From contig MU004240.1 in assembly GCA_010405405.1 (NCBI GenBank), forward strand, positions 10,337 to 74,230: a stretch of 63,894 nt of DNA. The letters run 5' to 3'. Positions 14,201 through 28,197 of the stretch are shown one piece after another. This stretch comes from Microthyrium microscopicum (lineage: Eukaryota). Position 1 is the first letter of the stretch; every line of letters begins with the position of its first letter. Position numbers and translations under genes: made by a program. The notes under the pieces were generated by a model that worked only from the letters and a program-made list of their open reading frames with translations, had not been told where the DNA came from and made no database searches.

Positions 14201-17200
14201 ATATAAGTACTATAAGAATAAAACTATATTAATTAAAATTAGCTTTAATTTAAGACTTAAACTATATTACGTAGAGAGAGAAGTTCTACTTATAGAACTA
14301 CTAAATACTCTAAATAATAAGAGGCGCGTAGAAGTAAACCTAAAAGCAAAGGCTAAGTATAGTACTAACAATAGACGTAGTTTAAATTATAGGTTAATTA
14401 TTAGAAATATAATACTTAAAGTTATTATTATAATTTAGAGTTATATTAAGATTTAAAGGTTAAAAGGTTCTTAGTAAGTTTTACGCTATTACTTAAGTAG
14501 TATAATTGAATAATAATTATAAACTAATAATATTAATAGCTTCTCTTCTAAAATTATAAAGACTAAAGACTAATTTATTAAGTAGTTTAAGTAGTTAGAA
14601 AAATATAAATACGCCTAAGTATATATCTATAAAGCTAAATAGAAGTATAAGTTATTAAAATATAATTATAAAATAAAACTTATAGCTTTCTTGTTACTAA
14701 GCTAATAAATAGCTAAAAACTAAAATAGAATTACTTCTCCTAATATAAGTAGTAGAAGGAAGTACTAGGTAATAGTAAATTATAAAAGATAAGAGATTCT
14801 TACTTTAAAGATTAGTAAATAAGAGTCTATATTAATAATACTAAATAAATAAGGTTAGTTCTTAAATAAATATAATATAGTAAAACTTATAATCTTTTAA
14901 TATAAAGCTAAATATGAGATACTATTATAGTATATAATAAGTAGTATAAGTAATTAAAATAAATAAAAATAAAGAAGTCCTTACTCTTAAAGAGAGTAAG
15001 GAACTTTAATAGAGAGTTAAAGAGTAGTATAAAGAAGTAATAAAAATATAGATAAGTAGAAGGGTTTTATAAATAATAACTTAATTAAATAGCTATCTAC
15101 TTAATAAAGAATAAGTAAAAATAATTAGTATAGCTATAGATTATAATATAACCTAAGCTAAAGTAGTAAATAACTATATAACTATTATTATATAACGTAA
15201 TAGTCTTTACTAACGTAATATTCTAAAGAAACCTTATAATTAATATACTATAAATAATAACAATATCTATAAAAATAGTTATTTTTCTATAGTAATAGTA
15301 GTAAGTATAAGTATTAGTAATATTAAAAGAGTTTATAAAAACTAGGAACTTATAGTATTAATAAAAGGATATAAACTAAAATGGCTAAAAGTAATAATAA
15401 TTAGTAATTACGACTAAAGTATTAATATTAGCTATTATAATAACTAAATATATAGAAAAAGGTAAAGAAATTATAGTTCTAATAGATAATAATCTTTATA
15501 AGAAGAAGTTACTTTCTACTAATATAAAGTAAAGTATAATAAGAGTAAGAGTTTTAAAAAAGGTAAGATAATAAATATAAGTATCTAATATAAGTAATAA
15601 CTTAATAAATATTAAGAAACTTACTTATCTAATTTTATAATTTAATATTAATATATAGTAAATACGTAGAGCCTATCTAGTAGTCTCTTAGTTAATAGTA
15701 ATAAGTAGCTAGTAATAAATAAACTAAATTAGTATTAGAAGTACTATTTTTATAATAAAAAGACTTAGCTAAAGTCTAATAAATAAAAATAGTAATATTA
15801 ATATTATAAGAGATACGTAGTAGATATAATAATAGCTCTTTTAAAGCTAAACTATTAAGAGTAGAGGCTATATAATTAAAGCTAAGAATACTAAGTTAAT
15901 TTTCTTAAGATATATTAAAAGATATTAACTAATAGAAAATATATATTTAATTAATTAGTATTTATAGCCCCTTTCTTTAACTTTATTTTATTAAATTTAT
16001 ATTAACTTTATTAAATCTTTATATTAGTACTTTAATTATATTATATTCCTTAACTTTAAGTATATAATAACTTTCCTAACTATAATAAAGTATAGCTACT
16101 TTACCTTCTAAATTAATTTATATATAGTATTAAATACCTATAGTTATAGTTAAATAATTATAATAAGAATAAGAACTAAGTTTATATAATTATAATAGTT
16201 TTATTTATTATAATTATATAAGATATAAAGTCTTATAATTAAAGCTACTCTAAAACTTATAGCTATTTAGAAAAAGTTAGACTAAGCTTATAGAGCTAAG
16301 TTAAATTTTACCTTACGAAGATAAAGCGTATTAAAACGTATTTTATAATATTAAGCTATACTAGATATTTATAATTATTTAGTAGAGTCTTATAAACCTA
16401 TAGAGCTAAATTAAATTATTAATTATAAAGAATAAAATACGCTTAAGTAGTTACTATTATTATATATAAAGTACGTTAAAATGCTACTCTCTACTATATT
16501 ATATTTATTACTACTTAAGTTAATATACTAGCTAAACTTCTACTAATAAGTAAAATTGCTATAAACTCTTTATATTCCTTTAATAATCTTCCTAATACCT
16601 TCTTCTTTCTAATTAGTATATTTATAAGTCTAACTATACTATAATTACTCTTTAGTAGCTTTACTATATAGTATTATAAATACTAGAACCTAAGTTTTTT
16701 AAAAATATTTCTTACCTTTAAAATATATACTTAATATATATAACTCCTAAGTTAGTAATACTTATAAGTATTATTACTAGTTAGAGTCTTACTAGTATTT
16801 ATTTCTTCTATACAACTAATATAAATTACCTTACGTTTTTAATTAGGCGATATAGCCTCCTACTAGTTAATAGTTACTAACTAGAAATAATCTAATACGA
16901 GAGAGTAACTTAAAATATTACTACTCTTATAAAAATACTAAGGAATTTTCTTAACTAAACTATAAGCTTTAATAATAACTATAGCCTTTAAGTTAAAAAA
17001 CCTAACTAAGCCTAAAGAAGAGGCTTTTATAATAGTAGCTACTACGCAAGCTATAAATAAAGCTTTTATAGCTTTAACTTCTTTATTAAAGTCTATATAA
17101 GTAATACTATTATAAGTACTAATAAAAGAAATTAAGGCAATAGGAAATAATAGGTTAAAAAGAGATAATATAATAATATGAATAATAAAAAAGTTTATAA

Positions 17201-20200
17201 CGTAAGAAAAAACTTTATTAAAATATAGCATACTAACTAACTAAGAAGAAAAAGAAGAAAGAAAAAAAAAGCTTTAAAGTATCTTAATAAAAGGAGTAGT
17301 AAAGCTCTCTTAAGAGTAAAAAAGAGAAAGAGACTAAGAAAGTATAAATAAATTATAACTATTATTATTATTATAATTATTATTATAAATTAATGTATTA
17401 TTTCTATTCTTATCCTATATATATAAATCCTTTTTTTCTATAGTAAAAGGAACTTTTTTAAAAGTAAGTAAATCTTCTTCTTATAAGGTAAGTAAATTAC
17501 TATTAAAATTAATAGGTAACGCTAAGAACTTTCGCCTAGAAGAATATAAGAAAATAAGCAAAGTAAGGTATCTATGCTTATCTAAGAGCTTAGGCTTAGA
17601 TAATAATAATTATTAAATTATACCTAGAAGCGTAACTACGTAAAAAAACTATTATAATAGTAGTAGTAATAGTAGAGAAAAGAAGAAAAGAGTAAGTAGA
17701 TTTAAGAATAGCAAGTCTTAAACTATTACTTATTTTTCTTAATTATTATTACTATAATATTATTAATATTATTATTTATGATTTAAAAGTAAAGAAATAT
17801 ACTTATTAGTATTAGAAAGAACGTCTAAGAAGTTTATGCGCTTATTATAATATAAATATATCTCTTATTAATAAACTATTCTAAATTCTTTAATAACTAC
17901 TATATAGGCTTTTAGGCTATATATCTTTTTTTTACTCTTAAAATTATATTTAAATAAGTTAGTATAAATATATAGTATATTATAGCGTACTAAATATACT
18001 AAAAGCTAGTAATATTAAGGTATCTTTAAAAGTCTAATAGAAAACTAATATTTATAAAAAGTATATAAAGCTAATATATATATTATTAAAGAGCTTTAAA
18101 ATATAAGGCAAGAGAAGGTTTTATTATAATAATACTTCTATCTAATCTATACTCTTATAGAAATGAAGCCTAGTTAGTTTAGGCTATTATTCTCTATTAA
18201 AGCTATCTTTAAGAATAATATTTTATTATTTTTTTCTAAAGTATAAAGTTCTAATAAATTATATAAAGTTCTATAAAGATATTAGTTAATTATATACTAG
18301 AATATTTTTATAAGAGCTTATTTACTATAAGAGTATTAATAATATAAGATAGTAAATATTATAAAGTAGCCTAATTATAATAGCCTTATAATAGAATAAA
18401 TTTCTTAAAAATATAAAAAGTCTATAGGTCTATTTTTTAAGTACTAGAAGTATTATAAAAATCTAGAGTACTTACTATTAATCTTAGAATTAGATATTAT
18501 AAAACGAGATTAACTTACTAAAAGCTATAATAATACTACTACTATAAGGCGTAAAATAAATAGCTACTATATAGTCTATTTCTAAGCCTTAAAATAAGAA
18601 AAGTCTAATCTAATCTAATAGTATATAATATAAATTTTAGAAAATAGTCTCTACTATATAAACTAAAGTTATTTAAATTTAGTAACTAAAATCTTACGCT
18701 ATAAGACTAGAATTAAACCTATAAGATTAGTAACTATATTATTACTTATTTATAAGTAAGTTAATAAGATTTATATAGTATTATCTATTAAATATTAACT
18801 ACTTATTAGCTACTTATAAGCCTATAAAGATAAGCTATAATAGGCTTAGAATAGGTAGTATTTAAGATAATAGTCTACTTAAGGCTTATTAAATAAATAT
18901 AAATTAACTTAAAGAACTCTCTTAGTATAAGGCTTAATAAATAAATAAGAGATATTAGACTAAATACGTATAAATAAGAACCTAATTTTCTAGGCTACTA
19001 AGCTACTAAGAAGTAGTAAATATAATTTTAAATTTAGCGCTATAAATTTAAAGGTAGTAACTAGAGATTTAATATTAGTACTATAAAGATAATAATTAAG
19101 CTTAAAGAAGTATAAGAATTAGTCTAAGAGTTAAACTTAAAAATAGACCTAAATAGCCTTATACGCGCACTAATTAGAAATTACTAAGTAAGTAAAGAAA
19201 CTTAAAACTACGTATAGAAAGACGTATAAGTAATATAGTATATAACGTTAATATTAACGTTAAACTTACTAAATATCTCTATAAGGTAAAGCTTTATAAA
19301 GCTTAAATATAAAGTAAAGGTATAATAAAGAGATATAGAGGATTTAGAGTAGTAAATATAGTTAAATACCTATTAAGCTCTAGTCTTAACTAGTTTAAAT
19401 AGGCACTATAATAGGCTATATTTACTTCTTACCTTTTAGCTTACTAACTTCCTTTCTATAAGTACTAATATTAATAATATTACTATATAATAATTAATTC
19501 TTCCTACGTACTATAAGAATTAAGTTAAGCTAGTAGTAACTACGCTTAGCTTATTATCTTAAGTCGTTACTTTATATAGAAATCTAATCTTTACTTAAAC
19601 GTAGTAAAATATAATATTAAAAGTAATATACTATAATAAATAGAAGGCTATTAATATTATAGTAAGACCTTTTAAAAAAGAAGTAAATATATTTTTTTAT
19701 ATACTTTAAACGCTATAGAGTAATAGCGTTATACTAAGGAATAGCTATACTAGCAAATAGTATATTAACTAAAAGCTTTAATAAGAAAAGTATATAATAT
19801 AATTTATTATATAATTATACTTTTACTAAAAATATAGTAAAAGTTATTAGTATATATAGCTTCTATTAATAGTATAATAATAAAATATAGTCTTATTATT
19901 AGTAAGCCTATAGCTATATACTACCTTATCTAACTTTACTAAAAATAATATACTTAGATAGTAAAAGTTTAGTATTATTATAATATATTTAAATTTATAA
20001 AATTATCTAATTTAATCTTAAATAATCTTAATTAATATTAACTAATTAAAGAATAATATTTTACTAATATTAAATATAAAGTAGGTAGCTTACTAAGAAT
20101 ACAAAACTCTATATACTAGTATTAAAAAATATACTAAGCTAAAGTAATAATTAGTTAGAAAAGGTAATATTATGCCTTTCTTTTTCTATAAGAATTAATA

Positions 20201-23200
20201 AATACCTAATACGCGTTTTCTAAATATAGCTTAACTTAATAGTTCTTTATTAAACTCTCTTCTCTACTTATTTAATACTAATAATACTTAGTAACTAGAT
20301 AGCTCTTTTATAACTAGGTAATATACTTAAAATATTTCTTACTTATCTATTAGCTCTAGCTTAAATTAAGCTAAGAAGTAACTCTATAAGAGTATTATAA
20401 TATATAGTTCTACTAGTAAGTAAAGATATAGAATTACTTAGCTTAGAATCCTTAAGAATTATAGTATTAACTATAATTTATAATATATAGTAATAAGAAA
20501 GCTTAGAAGCTAAAGAAGAGGCTAATAGTTCTAAAGCTAAACTAGATATTAATATAATACTAGATATACTTATTACTTAAAATAGTAAGCTATTCTAGTA
20601 ATGCTATTTTTTATTCTATTTATACGCTATAGCTTTAAAATAAGCCTTAATATTAGTATAGTTAGCTTTTTACTACTATCTAATAGCTTTATTAGTATTC
20701 TTAACTAAGTTAATCTTAATTACTTATTAATTAGTAGATTAAGATACGTTCTAGCCTCTTATTATTTCTTTTTATTTTCTACGTTCCTACCTCTATTATT
20801 TAAGTTTAGTAAACCTTATAAGTATTAGAATAGCTAATGCCTTAAGCTTTTTAAGTAAGTCTATACTATAGTTATTATATTTATTCTAGTTATAAAAAAG
20901 AGTTACTTAATCCTTTAACTAATCTTATTCTATTAAGGATAGTAAATTACTAAGCTTAGTAGTACTAGAGAAAATATAAACTAACTACTATTAAGTATAA
21001 TAGCTTAGTACTATAAAAGATAATATACTATATTTAGATATAATAAAAGGTAAATATAATTTTTATACCTAGTTTTACGCTTAAGTTATAATCTCTTCTA
21101 AAGCAAACTAGCTATAACTATTAAGAATTAGAGATTTTAGTTTAGCTAATTTATTTTTATAAGAAGTAATCTCTAAAAGTAATAGGGCTAAATTATATCT
21201 ATTATAATAAAGTAGTAAATCTTAAGCTAGTAAAGATAGTATTTAATCTTTACTAAGAAACTTCTAAATTATAGCGTAAATATAATTAGCGTTTACTAAA
21301 TTATAGAACTCTTAGAAAGTTTTCGTTTATTACTTAGTCTTAGGTTTAAAAAAGAACTCTATCTTCTTTAACTTCTTTTATTTTCTTACTATATTCTAAA
21401 TTAAAGGTCTAGCCTAAAATAAACTAGCTATAAGAAATTCTAGTTTAGTAGATTCTTATTCTATATTAGTAAAGCTATTTTTATTAATATCTAATATATT
21501 ACCTAGTATTTATACTTATAATAAAAGATATAATAAAGCTTACTAGGAAAGAGCCTATTAAGACTAATATTATTATTATATAGCGTAATATAATAAAAAT
21601 ATATAATGCGTAGTAATTTTCTACTAGCGCATTATAGCTATACTAGGCTTAGGTATATCCTAAATAGGTTATTCTTTTATATATTTATTATATAAATAAT
21701 ATAAGAGCTAAATTTTAACTATACTATAGTTATCTTTACTTTACGTACTATAACTAGTACGTTACTAAAAATCTAGTATATTATAACTAATTAGTATTTT
21801 CTAAATAATAATAAGTATAATACTAGAAATATAGTAGCTAAGCCTAAGATAAGTAGTTACTATTATAATTTAAATTTTAAAATTAAGTTTATAGAAAGTA
21901 GTATAGTAATAATTTTAATTATACTTAGATAACTAAAATATATACTCCTTAATAATCTTATTAATATAAAATACTCTAATCTTTAGATTATATAAGTACT
22001 TCTTAAAGTAATTATTAAGAAAATAAAAAGTAAATATAACTAGTAAATAATAAAAGTATATAAGTACAATTTAGATACTAAAAATACTATTAATAAAGAT
22101 AATTATCTTTAGTATCTTAGATAGACTTCTAACTTTAATCTTATAGTTAGAACGTTTACGTATATACTTATACTTAAGTTTAAAATATTAACTAGAACTA
22201 TTAATATTAATATCTTCTTTATCTAAATATTTATTATTAATATTATCTTTATCCTCTATAAAATAAAAATTAAATCTAAGACTTACTATATCTATATTAA
22301 TACTATACTTATTATTAGACTATATATCTTAGCGTTAAATATCTTCTTAGCTAGTAGTTACTTTATAATAATTCTTATTTACTAAGGTAATAGTTCTATA
22401 TACTTATTAAAACATATACTATAGAATATTATAAAGATTATTAAAAAAAGTAAGCTTACCTTTCTTAATAAAGCGTATAATAATAGATAAATCTAGATAA
22501 TTAATACTTATTCTTAATAAAGTAGTTTACTACTAATATTAACCTAATTATTAAAAGCTACTAAGCTAAAGAACTATTTCTTACGCTAGTTAACTTAATA
22601 TATTAATATATTTAAACTAGATAATATTCTATAGTAGTATTACTCTAAGCTTACTAATTATAATAAACTTTATTTAAAAGTTATACTACTAATAAATAAG
22701 GTAATACTTATTAATAATAATATATCTAATTCTTTACTAAAACTCTATATCTTTTAAAAGTTTTTAAAAGTCTAAAGATAATACTAGCTTTAGTAATAAA
22801 AGAATATAACTAAAGTCTCCTTTCCTTATTCTATAAGTAAGATATTAAATCTTTTTTTTAGAATTCCTTATTAGTAGATAAAGAGTATATCCTTCTATAT
22901 TCTTAATACTATTATACTAGTTTTCTTTAAATCTATTAAGAGGAATAATCTAAAGTATAATTTTACTAATTAGAGCATTATAAATATATAAGATTAGGCT
23001 TTTACTAAACTTAGTTTTAGCTATTAAAAGTATATTTCTACTACTATAGATTAATATATAAAGAGCTTAAATCTAAGCTTCTTTTAGCTTAATATCTAGA
23101 TAGAATTATTTTAAAGCACTTCTTAATATACTAAACTATTTCTTTAAATAACTTTTACTCTAGGTTAAGATATTAATTATCTTCTAGATAGTTTCTAATT

Positions 23201-23484
23201 TTATTCTAGGTATTCTCTTAGTACGTTTATTAAGTTCTTTTAGCTCTATCTTATTTAAGTTATATAGTAATAGAGAATACTATATCTCTTAGCTTTTATA
23301 ATAATTAAGAAAACGTTCCTTATTATTAGTTTACCTATTTACTAACTTTTTTTAAAATCTTTAAAGAATTTTTAGTATTCTTTTTATCTTTATAAATAGT
23401 ATTACTAACTTAGTTAAAATAGTTTAGACCTAAAATATATAATAAGTATAATAGTTTAGTAGTAAAGCATGAATAAAGTAATAA

Positions 23485-23550
23485 AATATCTTAATAGATT
23501 TTTTAATATTTTAATAGATTTTCTAATATCTTTATAGATCTTCTAATATT
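23485..23550 (+). repeat. 20-bp tandem repeat, ~3.3 copies
   Basis: aatatyttwatagatyttyt repeats at 23485, 23505 and 23525, with a partial copy at 23545. Confidence 0.7.
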
Positions 23551-24467
23551 ATCTAAATTTTATAAAAAGTAATAACTTTATTAAGCTTATTAAAAATTTT
23601 ATTAATATTTTATAGACCTTAATTAATATATAGTACTAAAAGACTCTTAATATCTATTAACTATAACTATTTAATAGTTTATATATATATCCTATAATAA
23701 GGAAATAATTAACTAAGTAAGTAATAATATAGTAGTTAGTAAAATAAAAAGGAAGAATATACTACTATTAATAATAATAATTTAAAAATAATATACTAAA
23801 TTAAAATATATATTAGTTTTAAATATATATATATATATAAAATTATATATACTATAGTAGTTATTTAGTAATTAATAGTTAAAGGTACACTTACTAAAAT
23901 ATAAATAGTATATTATTTTTAAATATATAGAGAAGAATATTTTAATATTATAGTTTTACGTTAATTCTAAATAAAAATATATTTATTAAAAAGCTAATTT
24001 CTAACTATAAAGATTAAATAGTACCAAATTTAAGCTATAGGGCTATAATTATAATAGTATTAAGTTATTTATAAAAATAGCAAAATTATAAAGTAGATTA
24101 CTATAAAATTTTCTAAGTTGTCCTTAGACGCGACTACGTTACAGCTAGTGGAGACTTGGCGCGATCTAATTAGCTGAGATAAGTAAAGCTTATATCAACG
24201 ACAGGTCACCTTGGGATCAATTTTGAACAAGGTTATGAAGACAAACAATTATTAGAACTGATAAAGACTAAAGCAACGAATAAGCCGGGACCCTCTACCT
24301 TGTTGCAAAGAGAATGAGCAGAGGTTTTCAATTCATCCTAAGGTTGCTGCATGATCAACCTTTAATTTCGGACGCATGATAGAGTAAGAGCTGGAAGCCA
24401 GCCGTGATTCAAAAGTTAGAATCACGACTGCTATCACAAGTCCAGCATCTTACGGGCCAAATGACAA

Positions 24468-25489
24468 CTACCAACCTTGAGATTTAACGATCTCTTCAAT
24501 CTTGTTCATTTCCTTGTTGATTTTTTTGAGGTTGCTCTCAACGGCTTGGACGTCGCGGACACCCGCGATCGAAATGAATGCTTCCATTCTCGCGGCGCGC
24601 GTACTCACCATCAAGGTCGCATTGCCTATGATGACCAACCGGTCTTCGGCATCGAACTAGAAAATATCATCAGCGGCCAGTTTCTTCACAATTTTGGGAT
24701 ACTTACCATTCCTCGGTAGCTCGTGTCGAGTGGCGGTAGATCAGCCATGGACAGCTTCGCTGCTGAGAGAACTTTCGAGGTTGCTTTCGATTTTTGCGTG
24801 GACTTGGTCATCGAACTGGCTCGCAACTCGTGATCAGAGGGCTGAGGAGGCGCGGGAGCTTGATGAGTCGGGGACCGGACAGGAGGCTGCTGAGCAGGCG
24901 CGAATTGCTGGTAGGCCGGGGACCGGAAAGGCGGCTGCTGAGTAGGCGCGGGCTGCAGGTAGGCTGGAGACTGGAGAGGCGGCTGCTGAGTAGGCGCGGG
25001 CTGCAGGTAGGCTGGAGACTGGAGAGGCGGCTGCTGAGTAGGCGCGGCCTGCTGGTAGGCTGGAGACGGGAGAGGTAACTGCTGGCCATGGCCGAGGGCA
25101 TTCTGCTGCTGGTGCAGTGAGAAGCCTTGAGCGGCTTGCATAGGTGGTCGGGTAGGTGGATTCTTGGCGGGATTCGCATTGTGCTGAAGTTGCTGTCTAG
25201 GCTGCGAGGTATTGGGCTGCGGAGTATTGGGCTGCGGAGTAGCACGCTGCTGTTGTGCTTGGCTCTTGGAGGTGGTAGAGCCCGAGGAAGGGACTTTGCG
25301 CCGTTTAGTGACCGGGCCGAGCTTGTCGTTGACTTGATAAGCATCGGTTGTATTCGCCTGCTTGCTTGGGTTGCCACCAGAGCGGAGGCCGCGCTTGAAG
25401 TGGTGATCTCCAACAATGCGCGGAACCAAGATCTTGCAGAATTGGCAATGATGGATAAACTTGCTGCTATCTTGGAGGATTCCTATCTG
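24468..25489 (-). CDS. Hypothetical Q/P-rich protein with 16-aa tandem repeats and a C-terminal coiled-coil-like exon; 5' end unresolved
   Basis: ORF 24686-25429 is joined by a GTAAGT..CTGAT..TAG intron (24706-24657) to exon FDAEDRLVIIGNA...VKSQGW* (stop 24468-24470). The frame stays open upstream through HHCQFCKILVPRIVGDHH. Confidence 0.6.
24850..25075 (-). repeat. 48-bp coding tandem repeat (SPAYxQxAPTQQPPLQ), ~4.5 copies
   Basis: Near-identical units at 24930, 24978 and 25026 plus diverged flanking units. Confidence 0.9.
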
Positions 25490-25821
25490 TTCAGGGATGC
25501 AGGGAAATTGTGAGCAGCAGAATTATGAGAGACAGAGGAAAGACGACAAGTAGCTGCAATATCAGACCCATCCACTAAGATCCGACGTCGTTGACCATGA
25601 ACCTTCATTTGACGACCCTTCCGTACTTTCTACGGGTCTCCTGGTTTTTTGAACGTGACTTTTGACTTGAAAGACTTGACTTTTCTTCCAGTGCCTCTCA
25701 GCATTGGCATCGTTAAAATTTTCCCAGTGGCATTCGGTGGTATGGGTGCCCGATAAGCATGCGGAGGGAGAGGTAATCCAGGAGGACGAATAGAACGAAT
25801 ACCTATTACAAGGTTAACCAA

Positions 25822-28197
25822 CTAGCTTCCTTTGCTCGCATGTTTCAATTTACCTCGTGAACGCTCTTCCACGATTGCAGCGTATTCGCTACTTGATCTC
25901 GATCTTCGCCTTCTCCCAAAATCTCGAGGTCGCCTCGACGGTACTGTTCTTGCGCCCGTCCTCGAACTGGATGCAATGCTATAAAGAGAATCGGCGTCCG
26001 ACCCAGATCTAGAAGAGGCCTTGCGTAACCTGCCCTCTTTGGCAGCAATCTTTGCCATCTCATCTCTTCGCTTCGCTTCTGACATTTCCTTTTCCGTCAC
26101 CTCAATTTGACTTTGGAATTTTGACATGGCCATCCGCATGACAGAGTCACCGCGCTTAATCAATGAAGTTCCGTCCTGAAGCAAGGCCCAAAAATCTCGT
26201 TCTGGTGGCATTGTGCTTGCCGCAATGTGAACTGTTCGACCTAATGATGTATAAGCGTTCTGAAGGTCTACCCCTGAGAGCATTATATTCCACATGGCAA
26301 TTCGGAGCTCTGCAAATAGACAACAGAAGATTACTTGGGGATAAAGCATATCAATATTCGGCTGGTTCTCAGCTACTGGTCGTGGAGCTTCTTCCATATA
26401 TGTTGCGAAATCGAATGGAATTCCCCAAGGATTAGCTTGGCTATCCTGCGGCGGATACACCACAATAACTCTGTTAGTAGTAAAGTCGAGGGTAGTATTG
26501 CAGGTCACAGCCTCAGTTACATGCTCCTTTGATTTGAAAACTAAGCTTCGAAAGTCGCTGCAAACGATAAACAGAAGAGCCAATGTCTGCATCTCAATGG
26601 ATTCTACGTCAAAAAGCTGTGAAAGTTCCACGTCCAGCTCCGAGAACGTTTTCATGGTCCCACGGCTCCACATAATTCTGTCTGTTTTGAGGTCTTGATT
26701 GATAGCCTCCGTCACCTTGGCCAACATGGATGTCTTCTTCTCATCCGTAAGTGTAGAATATGGCAAAACTTCCTTGCCAAGCCCCAGCAAGAGTCTCAAC
26801 CGATTCTGTGGGAAGACTTTGTTTAATAGTGCATCTTCGTCATCGTGTTTCATAGCTGGGCCCAGTAAATAGCCCCGCGGACTAGACTTTAAGTTCAAGA
26901 ATGACAGCACTATCGCGCAGACTTCCGTCTTATGCATCCAAGCACCTAGATCGGGGCTAGAATCCCGCTCAACGAAACAGTAGGGCCCTTCTGTCGCCCA
27001 CCCTCTGCTTGGTTCTGGTTCCGGTAGCTCGGCAGATCGTTGCTCTTCAATCTTATACAAGCCTGGTAGCTTGAGCTGGACATCAAACGCAATACGCTCA
27101 CGCCAAAGTGAAACTTCATCTTGATTCGGACCCACAATCTTCCAGACCAGTTTGAGCGGCTCTTCATCTTCGCTGTCACTTGTCGATGCTTTTCTACGCC
27201 GGCGTTGGGTGGAGTGATGATGACTTTGAAAACGACCTGCTTTTTTACCGCCCAACGCGACCTTGGGGACTTTGAGATCATAGAGTTTGCCACTTTTCGA
27301 CGGAAGGAGACCAAGAAAGAGATAAAGAAGAGACTTTGGATGGAGATCGTTATTGTTTAGACTTTGCATCTGGGATAGTGAATGCGCTCTGAAGCATATT
27401 CTGTCCAGATCATCGCCAAAGATCAGATCTACCGGGCGTTTGGGTAACGTACACCAAATACCAGTTAGCCCAGACAAGGCTGAGTCGTTAAACATCGTCA
27501 TCTCTGCGTCAATTTCGGCTTCTTGGGCTATGCCCATATCTTCGCGATTGGCATATCGACCTTTGAGGCCAATAAGAAGAAGCCATCCGCGATGGGCAGG
27601 CAGGTAGCTTTGCTTTTTGTGAAACTGTAGAAAGTCACCATAAACAAATTCCAATCCATATATTCTCAGTAAGGTAGAAAAGTTCGCCCAGCCAGTGAAA
27701 GATGTGAATCTACCAGCATTAGGAAGAAAATTGGATGACAGCGTCAATATGTTAAAATTCGGAGATTTCCGTAGATTCGGAACCTTGACTTTTCGGAAAA
27801 ACCTTTCCTTGAGGATCGCGATACCTGTAGAAATGTAGGTACCTTGAGGATCGTCGACATCTTGGAGGGCGAGATACCGGTCTGTTCTGGTGGCGCGGTA
27901 AAAGAGATATGTTGGAAGAATGCCTACTACCTCTGCTGCGCGTTCTGTGGTTATCACCCTAGAAAATTGCTGGCTTTCTAGACAGAAACCAGAGATCGTT
28001 TATTATTGGCTGCTTCAAAGTCTTGGCGGAGAACATCAAAGTATTGGCCAATCAGCTTGATTACCTGGGCCCTATTTTATGAGTGTACTTTTCTAGGGTG
28101 ATAACCACAGAACGCGCAGCAGAGGTAGAGCTACGATAGCGAGAATGGAGGCGAGCCATGTTCCAACAACTCCAAGAAGATCAAGTGTGTCTGTCAT
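25822..28197 (-). pseudogene. Uncharacterised fungal protein with N-terminal hydrophobic helix (725 aa when restored), interrupted after codon 24 by a MITE
   Basis: ATG at 28197 encodes MTDTLDLLGVVGTWLASILAIVAL. Removing 27930-28125 plus one TA joins it in frame to VGILPTYLFYRATRTDRY... of ORF 25822-27957. Confidence 0.8.
27930..28125. mobile_element. 196-bp MITE, Tc1/mariner-type (TA duplication), 37-bp perfect TIRs
   Basis: CCTCTGCTGCGCGTTCTGTGGTTATCACCCTAGAAAA at 27930-27966 and its exact reverse complement at 28089-28125; TA at 27928-29 and 28126-27; excision restores the host ORF. Confidence 0.92.

Larger units (their letters stand above)
1..24110. repeat. AT-rich RIP-degenerated repeat block (probably nested dead transposons; families not identifiable by eye)
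   Basis: Extreme AT content, TpA everywhere, CpA/TpG nearly absent, essentially no ORFs; fairly abrupt switch to mixed composition at ~24,120. Confidence 0.9.

Noticed and set aside
16938..17231. 97-aa ORF in the AT-rich block
   Set aside because: I/F/L/K-biased composition expected by chance in RIP-mutated DNA; no motif.
1..24110. Assignment to specific TE families, a Starship or a centromere
   Set aside because: No RT, integrase, transposase or tyrosine-recombinase motif could be recovered by eye; needs de-RIP plus profile search.
24120..24145. Possible LTR right end (...GTTACA) at the block boundary
   Set aside because: No matching left end or TSD could be confirmed.
24400..24430. Small hairpin agccgtgattc/gaatcacgact
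   Set aside because: Only 11 bp with a mismatch and no supporting context.
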